DNA of 39,874 nt from an uncultured Alistipes sp. (GTDB taxonomy: Bacteria; Bacteroidota; Bacteroidia; Bacteroidales; Muribaculaceae), in assembly GCA_964556875.1 (NCBI GenBank), contig CAZKYD010000003.1:1-39874 (forward strand). Reading direction: 5' to 3'. Below, piece after piece: positions 1 to 8,101 of this stretch. A program made the position numbers and the translations under genes. Under the pieces are notes generated by a model. The model had not been told where the DNA came from, did not search any database, and saw only the letters and a list, made by a program, of their open reading frames with translations. How positions within the stretch are numbered: position 1 is the stretch's first letter; each line of letters begins with the position of its first letter.

Positions 1-416
1 AAATGATGTGGATCGGTGGTGGTGCAGGTATGGCACCTCTGCGTGCACAGATTATGCACATGACCAAGACCTTGAAGACTACCGACCGCAAGATGAACTA
101 CTTCTATGGCGCACGTGCGCTCAACGAAGTGTTCTATCTCGACGACTTCCTGCAGCTTGAAAAGGAATTCCCCAACTTCAAGTTCCATCTTGCCCTCGAC
201 CGTCCGGATCCCGCAGCCGATGCTGCCGGCGTAAAATACACCCCCGGTTTCGTTCATCAGGTAATCTTCGACACCTATCTCAAGGACCACGAATCACCTG
301 AAGATATCGAATACTACATGTGTGGCCCCGGCCCAATGAGCGCAGCTGTCAACAAGATGCTCGATTCGCTCGGCGTAGATCCCGAAAGCATCCACTACGA
401 TAACTTTGGAGGCTAA
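1..416 (+). CDS. nqrF: Na+-translocating NADH:quinone reductase subunit F, C-terminal part (truncated by window start)
   Basis: WIGGGAGMAPLR, YFYGAR, GFVHQV, EDIEYYMCGPGPM and terminal DNFGG match the NqrF NAD-binding FNR domain. Confidence 0.93.
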   Translation, partial: MMWIGGGAGMAPLRAQIMHMTKTLKTTDRKMNYFYGARALNEVFYLDDFLQLEKEFPNFKFHLALDRPDPAADAAGVKYTPGFVHQVIFDTYLKDHESPEDIEYYMCGPGPMSAAVNKMLDSLGVDPESIHYDNFGG

Positions 417-419
417 TCA

Positions 420-1502
420 ATGCTAAATCAGCAAGAAAACATAAATCTCAAAAGTCTGACAACATTCGGATTGTCAACCATCTGCAGCCGCTTGATAGAG
501 TTCAGCGATGCAGAAACAGATTTACCGGAGCTCGATCGTCAAGGCCTCCTCAGCGATGCCTTGATTATGAGCGGCGGTAGCAATCTGCTCTTTGTCAATC
601 CAACATTCAGCCATACCGTTATTCGCCCAACCGGCGAAAGCATCGAGATTCTCGATGACGAATCGTCGGTGAGCAACGACGTTAGGGTAAAAGTCAGCGC
701 AGCAACCGTGCTTGACGAACTCTGCAACCACTTAGCAACCCAAGGCCTGTGGGGCACCGAAAACCTCTCCGGAATCCCCGGACGAATCGGCGGTGCAGCT
801 GTACAGAATGTCGGCGCCTATGGCACCGAGTTTAAAGACGTTGTAGAGAGTGTTACTTGCTATTCGCTCAAAGAACATAAATTTGTCACACTGGCGGCCT
901 CGCAGTGTAGCTACGGCTACCGCGACTCCATCTTTAAGCATCAGCCTGAAAGGGAGAAAATGATAGTCAGCAGTGTGATCATCCGCGTAAATAAACAAGC
1001 CAAACCCAACTTGAACTATAAAGGGCTGAAAGATGCCGTTATAGCTCATGTTGGCGATTTGGATGCCCCCCTCGAAGCGCTGACTCCACGATTAATCCGC
1101 GACATCGTGTTAGCCCTTCGCGATTCTAAACTTCCCGACCCTCTGACGGTTGGAAGTGCAGGAAGCTTCTTCAAGAATCCTGTAATCAGCTCAAAGGAGC
1201 TTGCCGACGTTACCTCTCGCTGGGAAGCCAGCGAAGCATATAACGCCAATCCGGCGCCCCTCTCCTACCATCTCCAGGCAGATGGGAAAGCAAAATTGTC
1301 GGCCGCATGGCTCATCGACAAAGCCGGATGCAAAGCCTTTACCCACGGTGGCGCTGCCGTATGGCAAAAGCAACCATTGGTATTGGTAAATCCTGACAGC
1401 AAAGCTACCGGTCAAGACATTGTAGCGCTCGAAAATATGATTATCGAACGTGTCTACAATCTGTTCGGGATACAGCTCTCTCCCGAAGTAATTCATGTAT
1501 AA
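420..1502 (+). CDS. murB: UDP-N-acetylenolpyruvoylglucosamine reductase
   Basis: Motifs GGSNLL, GIPGRIGGAAVQNVGAYG, YGYRDSIFK, SAGSFFKNP and terminal LSPEV. Confidence 0.95.
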   Translation: MLNQQENINLKSLTTFGLSTICSRLIEFSDAETDLPELDRQGLLSDALIMSGGSNLLFVNPTFSHTVIRPTGESIEILDDESSVSNDVRVKVSAATVLDELCNHLATQGLWGTENLSGIPGRIGGAAVQNVGAYGTEFKDVVESVTCYSLKEHKFVTLAASQCSYGYRDSIFKHQPEREKMIVSSVIIRVNKQAKPNLNYKGLKDAVIAHVGDLDAPLEALTPRLIRDIVLALRDSKLPDPLTVGSAGSFFKNPVISSKELADVTSRWEASEAYNANPAPLSYHLQADGKAKLSAAWLIDKAGCKAFTHGGAAVWQKQPLVLVNPDSKATGQDIVALENMIIERVYNLFGIQLSPEVIHV

Positions 1503-1524
1503 AAAAGGTCATTAGAAAAGAATA

Positions 1525-2844
1525 ATGTCGTCGTTCGTTATAGAAGGTGGTCACACCTTACATGGTGAAATCACACCCCAAGGAGCTAAAAATGAAGCAC
1601 TGCAGGTTATCAGTGCCGTACTTCTTACATCTCGTCCGGTTGAAATCTCCAACATACCGGAAATTCGAGATGTCAAGAACCTAATTGCCATGCTTCAACT
1701 AATGGGCGTAAAAGTTACTCGCCTTGAAAAAGGTCGCTACACATTTATTGCCGACGACATCAACCGCGAATACCTGCTCAGCGACGACTTTATCAAGCGC
1801 AGCGCAACCTTGCGCGGCTCTGTGCTCCTTGTTGGTCCGTTATTGGCACGCTTCGGAAAAGCATATTTCCCCAAGCCCGGCGGCGATAAAATCGGACGTC
1901 GTAAGGTAGACACCCATATTCAAGGGTTTATCAACCTCGGAGCGGAATACTGCTACGACCAAGCTAAACGCGCCTACTTGCTGACTATCCCCGAAGGGAA
2001 AAAACTCAACGGATGCTATATGCTCCTGGATGAAGCTTCCGTTACCGGCACCGCCAACATCATTATGGCGGCCACCTGCGCCGAAGGAATGACCACTATC
2101 TACAACGCCGCCTGCGAGCCTTACGTTCAGCAGCTCTGCCACATGTTGGAGCAGATGGGGTGCAAAATCGAAGGCATCGGATCTAACCTACTGAAAATCC
2201 ACAGCTTCGCAGGTGAACCACAAGGCGCAAAGCATCGCATTCTCCCTGATATGATTGAAGTTGGCAGCTTTATCGGCATGGCAGCCCTCACCCGTAGCTC
2301 CATCACCATCAAAGATGTCAGCTATGAAAACCTTGGAATCATCCCCGAAAGTTTCCGCCGACTCGGCATCAAACTCGAACAGCACGGCGATGATATCTTC
2401 ATCCCTGCACAAGAAAGCTACGTAATCGACACCGCCCTCGACGGCTCGATTATGACCATCGCCGACGCCCCCTGGCCCGGCCTTACCCCCGACCTGCTAA
2501 GCGTAATGCTGGTTGTTGCAACCCAAGCGCGAGGCAGCGTACTGATTCATCAGAAGATGTTTGAAAGTCGCCTATTCTTCGTTGACGGGCTCATCGAAAT
2601 GGGTGCTCAGATTATCCTCTGCGATCCCCACCGCGCCGTAGTTATCGGCCACGACCATAAGTTTACGCTGCGCGGCAACAAGATGAGTTCACCGGATATC
2701 CGAGCCGGAATTGCGATGCTTTTAGCAGCTATGTCGGCTAAAGGCACCAGCATCATAGGCAACATCGAGCAGATAGACCGCGGATATGAAGATATCGACC
2801 AGCGACTCAACCTCCTCGGAGCCTCCATCACCCGTATCGACTAA
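1525..2844 (+). CDS. murA: UDP-N-acetylglucosamine 1-carboxyvinyltransferase
   Basis: Motifs GAKNEAL, PGGDKIGRR, ASVTGTAN, PDMIE, MFESR, SPDIRAG and IDRGYE. Confidence 0.96.
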   Translation: MSSFVIEGGHTLHGEITPQGAKNEALQVISAVLLTSRPVEISNIPEIRDVKNLIAMLQLMGVKVTRLEKGRYTFIADDINREYLLSDDFIKRSATLRGSVLLVGPLLARFGKAYFPKPGGDKIGRRKVDTHIQGFINLGAEYCYDQAKRAYLLTIPEGKKLNGCYMLLDEASVTGTANIIMAATCAEGMTTIYNAACEPYVQQLCHMLEQMGCKIEGIGSNLLKIHSFAGEPQGAKHRILPDMIEVGSFIGMAALTRSSITIKDVSYENLGIIPESFRRLGIKLEQHGDDIFIPAQESYVIDTALDGSIMTIADAPWPGLTPDLLSVMLVVATQARGSVLIHQKMFESRLFFVDGLIEMGAQIILCDPHRAVVIGHDHKFTLRGNKMSSPDIRAGIAMLLAAMSAKGTSIIGNIEQIDRGYEDIDQRLNLLGASITRID

Positions 2845-2931
2845 TATTCTTCATTCCTCTCTCTCTGCTCTCCACCGTCTCTCTCTCACTCTCCACTCTT
2901 ACCTCTAATATCTCTCCTCTCTCCCTCCCCT
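2845..2931. repeat. CT-rich pyrimidine low-complexity tract with an imperfect tandem unit
   Basis: 87 nt containing only two G on the + strand. It holds (CT)n runs and the similar units tctctctctgctctccac / tctctctctcactctccac. Confidence 0.85.
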
Positions 2932-2990
2932 GATATTGGCGAGCCATGAAACTAAGCAAAACTTAAATCAACAAACTATATAGAACGGAA

Positions 2991-4328
2991 ATGATCACTT
3001 TTATGATTGTCTTGTTCGTGATAGGCTACATAGGGATAGCCCTCGAACATGTCTTCAACGTTAACAAAGCCACATTCGCGCTAATGATGGCCGGTATCTT
3101 ATGGGGTTGCTACGCCCTCTACGGCCATGATGCAAACCTTCAATCTGATATGGTAGAAGCACTCGGCGACACCTGCGAAATCATCGTCTTCCTAATCGGA
3201 GCCATGACTATCGTAGAGCTCATTGACCGCTATGGCGGATTCAATATCATAGTGCGTCACATCAAAGCCAAAAACAAACGCGGCTTGATGTGGGTATTCG
3301 CCTTTGTTGCCTTCTTCCTCTCGAGTATCCTCGACAACATGACAACCACTATCATCATGGTGGTAATGCTACGCCGAATGTTCTCCAACCGCAAAGAACG
3401 TTGGATGTTTGCCAGCGTAATCGTATTGGCAGCAAACGCCGGTGGTGCATGGTCGCCTATCGGTGATATCACAACCATCATGCTCTGGATGAAAAACTAC
3501 GTATCTTCGGTCGACCTCATCGTCAACCTGCTCATTCCGTCAATCGTTTCCGTTATCGTACCAACATTTATTGCAACTCGATTCGTGTCAGCCGGACCTG
3601 TTGAACAGCTCAACGAATCAGATGCACGTGTGGGTTACGTTCTGTCGCAACACCATCCCCGCCTCTCCATCACCGTGCTGATTCTGGGTGTCTGCGGTCT
3701 GCTCTTCGTGCCGGTATTCAAAGCCATTACCCACCTGCCGCCGTATATGGGCATCCTGTTGTCGCTCGGCATCCTGTGGCTTATCACCGAACTTATTGTC
3801 TATAACTACAAGCTCGACGGCAAAATCGAAGGACGTATCTCTCAGTTGGTAAAGAATATCGATATGTCGACTATTCTTTTCTTCCTCGGCATCCTGCTCG
3901 CTGTAGCAGCCCTTCAGCAAGCCGGCATCCTCGCCGAATTAGCAACATGGCTCGACACTAACATCCATGAAGTCTATACTATCAACGGTATTATCGGTGT
4001 ACTTTCGTCAATTATCGATAACGTTCCATTGGTTGCAGCTTGTATGAACATGTATCCCGTTGCAACGCCCGATATGCTTGCTGTAGCAGCCGACCCGACC
4101 TACATGCAGCTCTTCGTTGAAGACGGTCTGTTCTGGCATCTGCTTACCTTCTGTGCCGGCGTTGGCGGTTCACTCCTTATCATCGGATCTGCCGCAGGCG
4201 TTGTTGCTATGGGTATCGAAAAAATTGAATTTGGCTGGTATCTCAAACACATTACATGGATGGCGTTTCTGGGCTACCTCGCCGGTATCGCTTGCATTGG
4301 AATTGAGGCCATCTGGTTCAACTTCTAA
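2991..4328 (+). CDS. nhaD: Na+/H+ antiporter, NhaD family
   Basis: Highly hydrophobic 445 aa. Motifs FLIGAMTIVE, LDNMTT, AANAGGAWSPIGDITT, IDNVPLVAA and GGSLLIIGSAAGV. Confidence 0.92.
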   Translation: MITFMIVLFVIGYIGIALEHVFNVNKATFALMMAGILWGCYALYGHDANLQSDMVEALGDTCEIIVFLIGAMTIVELIDRYGGFNIIVRHIKAKNKRGLMWVFAFVAFFLSSILDNMTTTIIMVVMLRRMFSNRKERWMFASVIVLAANAGGAWSPIGDITTIMLWMKNYVSSVDLIVNLLIPSIVSVIVPTFIATRFVSAGPVEQLNESDARVGYVLSQHHPRLSITVLILGVCGLLFVPVFKAITHLPPYMGILLSLGILWLITELIVYNYKLDGKIEGRISQLVKNIDMSTILFFLGILLAVAALQQAGILAELATWLDTNIHEVYTINGIIGVLSSIIDNVPLVAACMNMYPVATPDMLAVAADPTYMQLFVEDGLFWHLLTFCAGVGGSLLIIGSAAGVVAMGIEKIEFGWYLKHITWMAFLGYLAGIACIGIEAIWFNF

Positions 4329-4399
4329 CCATTGATGTCAGACGTCTAACGCCCTGACATTCCATCTCGGCTCTAATAATTATATATATTCATAGGTTG

Positions 4400-4436
4400 G
4401 CACTCCGCATGGCTCCCAAGGCCATTTGCGGAGTGC
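4400..4436. terminator. Strong hairpin between nhaD and the cotH-like gene, possible terminator
   Basis: gcactccgca (4400-4409) pairs with tgcggagtgc (4427-4436), extended by an inner tggc/gcca stem. It is followed by tattat rather than a clean U-tract. Confidence 0.45.
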
Positions 4437-4474
4437 TATTATAAAAAAACTAAGAGCTATTCTAAGCAACTATA

Positions 4475-6208
4475 ATGAGATTATCTTTCTTGACATTCCT
4501 TCTATCTCTCTGCTTCATGACAGCTATTGCCGGGAATCCATCCGGCAGTCTGCCGGTAATGTATATCAACACCGAAAATTCAGCCGATATCAATAGTAAA
4601 GAGACATATATCAGCGCTACCTACTACATCGATCCTAAAGAAACCGACTTCGAAGCTATAGGCTCCGTAGATAATCAGCAAGCCCTGCAAATTCGTGGAC
4701 GCGGCAACTATACTTGGACTGGCTTCTCGAAAAAGCCCTACCGCATCAAGCTCGACAAGAAAACCGCGCTCCTCGGCATGACTAAAAACAAGAATTTTGC
4801 TCTCTTAGCCCATGCTGACGATAATAAAGGCTTTATGCGCAACGCCGTAGGCCTGGAACTGAGCCGACTGATCGGCATGACCTGGACGCCGGAAAGTCAG
4901 CCTTTAGAAGTAGTGCTCAACGGACAGTATATCGGCCTATATTTCTTAACCGAAACTATTCGCGTTGATTCCAACCGCGTTGACATTGTTGAACAAGCCG
5001 ATAATGCCACCGGCGACAACGATATCACCGGCGGATGGCTCGTTGAGATTGACAACTACGATTCAGACCCACATATTTCCGTAGCTGAAGGGGGCAACAA
5101 TAATTATAACATAACCTTTACTTACCACACCCCTGAGCAGCTCTCCGATAAGCAAACGGAATATCTTACCCACCAAATGTCTACCATCAACTCGCTGATT
5201 TATGCCTCTGATAAGACGGATTGCCGATGGGCTGAGATGGTCGACTTAGATGAACTTGCTCGCTACTACATCGTTCAAGAATTAGTTGACGACTACGAAT
5301 CGTTTCATGGTAGCTGCTATCTTTACAAAAATATTGGGGAAAACGAAAAATGGTATTTCGGCCCTGTATGGGATTTTGGGAGCGCCTTTAACTACGATAA
5401 AAGCCAATACATCTACCAAGGTCGCGAACACCATCAAGTTTGGATTGGCGAAATGTGTAAGTTCCCCACTTTCATAGATCGCGTGAAATCGATATGGACA
5501 GATTTTGTTACGGAGCATTATGCCGATATCTTCAACTATATCAACGATTATCGTGATTACATCTCCGCTGCTGCCGCTTCAGATGCTCAGCAATGGCCTC
5601 AATATGGCAATGCCGAACTCCGTAGCCGTGTTGCGCAAGTAAAAAAGCGACTTTACGGTTCGTTTAAATGGCTATGCAACCAGTGGGGCGGCACCATCCC
5701 CGAATATGAAGACACAAACGACCTAATCACCGTATATTTCATTGACAACGGCGAAACGCCCTGGGCGAACGTCCACACCTACATTTGGGACAATACCGGC
5801 GAAATTTTAGGCAACTGGCCAGGCACACCCATGACCCCGACAACTATCAACGGTCATGACGCATGGATGTATAAGTTCACCCCTGATCATGAGCTCCCGG
5901 AAAATACGGGCATCATTTTCAATAACTCTTATAGTGGATCAGGGAATCAAACAGCCGATCTCATCCTTTTAAACAACGGCATCTACGACCGCAACGGATT
6001 ATACGCCGGAATCGAAACCCTCGAATCCGACAACCTTCACATTTCCGTTAACAATGGAATGCTAATAATTGAAAGCCCAACAACCCAAACCATCTCAGTT
6101 ACCCGTATTGACGGCTCTCAATTTCCCCTCCAAGTTCTTCCCGGCACAAACCCTTACTCACTCCCCCACGGCTTTTACATCATCGCCCATCAAAAGTTCT
6201 GCCTCTAA
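4475..6208 (+). CDS. Secreted CotH-kinase family protein with CBM26-like starch-binding module and T9SS-CTD-like tail
   Basis: Signal peptide. CotH motifs IRGRGNYTW, KKPYRIK, LNGQYIGLYFLTE and GPVWDFGSAF. CBM26-like segment TVYF..W..VHTYIWD..WPG.PMT..GIIFNN..QTADL. C-terminus LPHGFYIIAHQKFCL. Confidence 0.8.
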   Translation: MRLSFLTFLLSLCFMTAIAGNPSGSLPVMYINTENSADINSKETYISATYYIDPKETDFEAIGSVDNQQALQIRGRGNYTWTGFSKKPYRIKLDKKTALLGMTKNKNFALLAHADDNKGFMRNAVGLELSRLIGMTWTPESQPLEVVLNGQYIGLYFLTETIRVDSNRVDIVEQADNATGDNDITGGWLVEIDNYDSDPHISVAEGGNNNYNITFTYHTPEQLSDKQTEYLTHQMSTINSLIYASDKTDCRWAEMVDLDELARYYIVQELVDDYESFHGSCYLYKNIGENEKWYFGPVWDFGSAFNYDKSQYIYQGREHHQVWIGEMCKFPTFIDRVKSIWTDFVTEHYADIFNYINDYRDYISAAAASDAQQWPQYGNAELRSRVAQVKKRLYGSFKWLCNQWGGTIPEYEDTNDLITVYFIDNGETPWANVHTYIWDNTGEILGNWPGTPMTPTTINGHDAWMYKFTPDHELPENTGIIFNNSYSGSGNQTADLILLNNGIYDRNGLYAGIETLESDNLHISVNNGMLIIESPTTQTISVTRIDGSQFPLQVLPGTNPYSLPHGFYIIAHQKFCL

Positions 6209-6210
6209 CC

Positions 6211-6489
6211 TCACTCAAAAATATCTGCATGAGAACCTGTATCAATAAGAAGTAGTTGCATTACTGTATCATTTTGGCGCCATACTAAAAGCCAATCCGC
6301 AGTTATATGACATTCCCAACATCCTTCATAATTTCCACTCAATTTATGAGGACGATACTTTAAAGGCAAGCTACCCTCTTTCGATAAAATACGCAAAACT
6401 GCCTCAAATTTTGAAATATCGAGGCCGCGTTTCAAACATCTCTTAAAAGAACGCTTAAATTGATTAGTGCGTTCAATTGTATAGCTCAT
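6211..6489 (-). CDS. yafQ: Type II toxin, YafQ family mRNA interferase
   Basis: QFKRSFKR, YRPHKLSGNYEGCWECHITADWLLVW and DTGSHADIF. The YafQ-type His/Asp/Trp/His/Phe catalytic pattern appears intact. Confidence 0.92.
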   Translation of the reverse strand: MSYTIERTNQFKRSFKRCLKRGLDISKFEAVLRILSKEGSLPLKYRPHKLSGNYEGCWECHITADWLLVWRQNDTVMQLLLIDTGSHADIFE

Positions 6490-6701
6490 TCTAATAAATC
6501 TTTCATTAAGTCCTCAACAGAATCGAAACATTTTGTTTCTCCATTTTGAGCTTCTTTAAGCGATGTCTCAATGCTACTAATTTTATCGTGAGATAAACTA
6601 GGTCGGTTTACCTTCCAACCCAAACGCTTAGCCATTTGTTCCAAAAATGACATATCTGTTTCAGGAATTGCAACAGAGATATTTGTTAGTGCCGAATTCA
6701 T
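6486..6701 (-). CDS. Putative antitoxin of the YafQ toxin (71 aa; ATG at 6701 preferred)
   Basis: Lies directly upstream of yafQ with a 4-bp ATGA overlap. Acidic DinJ-like C-terminus ETSLKEAQNGETKCFDSVEDLMKDLLE. The longer 6752 start overlaps its own promoter. Confidence 0.75.
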   Translation of the reverse strand: MNSALTNISVAIPETDMSFLEQMAKRLGWKVNRPSLSHDKISSIETSLKEAQNGETKCFDSVEDLMKDLLE

Positions 6702-6722
6702 AAATTTAGAAATTAGATATGG

Positions 6723-6753
6723 CAAAGTTATTGTTTTTATTTCAATAAACAAA
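6723..6753 (-). promoter_or_regulatory. Bacteroidetes primary-sigma promoter of the TA operon
   Basis: On the minus strand: TTTG (6753-6750), a 19-bp spacer, then TAACTTTG (6730-6723), 21 nt before the antitoxin ATG. Confidence 0.75.
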
Positions 6754-6867
6754 CACCTTACATAGCAAAGTTTTGCACGTCGTCCTTAAATCGACAGCGT
6801 ATATAGAGGTATGGCAACAACGATTATCGAATGTAAATAGGAAAAAGATCTGGCAAGAATATCTACA

Positions 6868-6885
6868 GATGAATTTTTATTCATA
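6868..6885. promoter_or_regulatory. ARG box (ArgR operator), upstream copy
   Basis: GATGAATTTTTATTCATA fits TGAAT-N4-ATTCA and lies upstream of argR. Confidence 0.75.
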
Positions 6886-6898
6886 AAAATGTAAGATT

Positions 6899-6932
6899 TT
6901 TGATGAATATTCGAATATTATTCGTAACTTTG
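6899..6932 (+). promoter_or_regulatory. Promoter of the arg operon
   Basis: TAACTTTG (-7 element) at 6925-6932. TTTG at 6899-6902 gives a slightly long 22-bp spacer. Confidence 0.75.
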
Positions 6933-6940
6933 CATCCGCA

Positions 6941-6979
6941 AGTGAATATTTATGCAAATGAATGATATAAATATTCAGC
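6941..6979. promoter_or_regulatory. Tandem ARG boxes just downstream of the arg promoter
   Basis: AGTGAATATTTATGCAAA (6941-6958), a 3-bp spacer, then a weaker box ATGATATAAATATTCAGC (6962-6979). This is the classic tandem ArgR arrangement. Confidence 0.65.
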
Positions 6980-7021
6980 GCATCAAAACCAAAATATCCA
7001 TATTAACGCAACTAATAACTA

Positions 7022-7504
7022 ATGGAAAAAGCTGAACGTCAATCCGTTATAAAAGACTTAATAGAAAGGGAATCCATCATGTCGCAGGAGGACCTTAAAA
7101 GTCATCTTGCAGTTGAAGGATATTATGTTGCTCAAGCTACTCTCTCTCGCGACATTAAAGAGATGGGGCTCATTAAGACCCCTTCGGGCTATAAACTTCA
7201 TAATCTTCTCAAAAGTCAGAGCTCGGTAACCACTGATTCTATTCTCTTAAAGAACAGCAAATCTATTCTCTCTGACAGCATCAACTCGCTGGAATTTGGA
7301 ACCGGATTAGCAGTAATGCATACCCCTCCCGGACATGCAAGCATGGTAGCCTCATTGCTCGATTCGGCAGAACTGGCCCCGGTAATGGGCACCATAGCCG
7401 GAGATGACACAATCTTGATAATGCTCCGCCCGACTTACTCGTCAGACGAAACCGTTGAAGCCCTCAGCGGTCTGGTCGACAACCTCTCAAACAAATTAGC
7501 ATAA
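7022..7504 (+). CDS. argR: Arginine repressor
   Basis: wHTH motif SQEDL..QATLSRDIKEMG and arginine-binding motif GTIAGDDT. Confidence 0.95.
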   Translation: MEKAERQSVIKDLIERESIMSQEDLKSHLAVEGYYVAQATLSRDIKEMGLIKTPSGYKLHNLLKSQSSVTTDSILLKNSKSILSDSINSLEFGTGLAVMHTPPGHASMVASLLDSAELAPVMGTIAGDDTILIMLRPTYSSDETVEALSGLVDNLSNKLA

Positions 7505-7528
7505 TAAAACAGAAGCAGATATAAATAA

Positions 7529-8065
7529 ATGGATGAATTTGTAGTTGGTGTTGCTACCGAGCAACACCTGAAATATGTAGAAGAAATTTTAACCACTATT
7601 GAAGCGGCTACAAAAGTACGTGGGACCGGTATCGCTAAACGTCGTCCCGAATATGTTGAACAGAAGATGAAAGAAGGCAAAGCAATCATCGCCATGAAGG
7701 GAGATGAATTTGTTGGCTTCTGCTACATCGAATCATGGAGCCACGGCGAATTTGTTGCCAACTCCGGACTTATCGTTAAAAGCGAATATCGCGGCCATGG
7801 CCTGGCTAAACGCATCAAGCAAAAAGCGTTCGAACTGAGCCGTACTCTATTCCCTAAGGCTAAAATCTTCGGCCTGACTACAGGGTTAGCCGTTATGAAA
7901 ATCAACACCGAGCTGGGCTATGTTCCCGTAACCTTCAGCGAGCTGACCGCCGACCCAACCTTCTGGAAAGGTTGCGAAAGCTGCATCAACTACGACGTAT
8001 TGACTCGCAACAACTGCACACGTTGCCTCTGCACCGGTATGCTCTACGACCCGGCAAAACATTAA
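7529..8065 (+). CDS. GNAT-family amino-acid N-acyltransferase (Bacteroidetes ArgA-like glutamate N-acyltransferase)
   Basis: GNAT motif A (YRGHGLAKRIK), FVANSGLIV and C-terminal FWKGCESC..CLCTGMLYDP. It sits between argR and argG. Confidence 0.8.
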   Translation: MDEFVVGVATEQHLKYVEEILTTIEAATKVRGTGIAKRRPEYVEQKMKEGKAIIAMKGDEFVGFCYIESWSHGEFVANSGLIVKSEYRGHGLAKRIKQKAFELSRTLFPKAKIFGLTTGLAVMKINTELGYVPVTFSELTADPTFWKGCESCINYDVLTRNNCTRCLCTGMLYDPAKH

Positions 8066-8101
8066 TCAACTTCCCCAAAACTTGCGAAAACCATTACCAC
8101 T

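Noticed and set aside
2932-2990. Possible Na+/Li+ riboswitch upstream of nhaD
   Set aside because: Only tiny stems are present and I cannot match a known motif by eye. An Rfam/Infernal scan would settle it.
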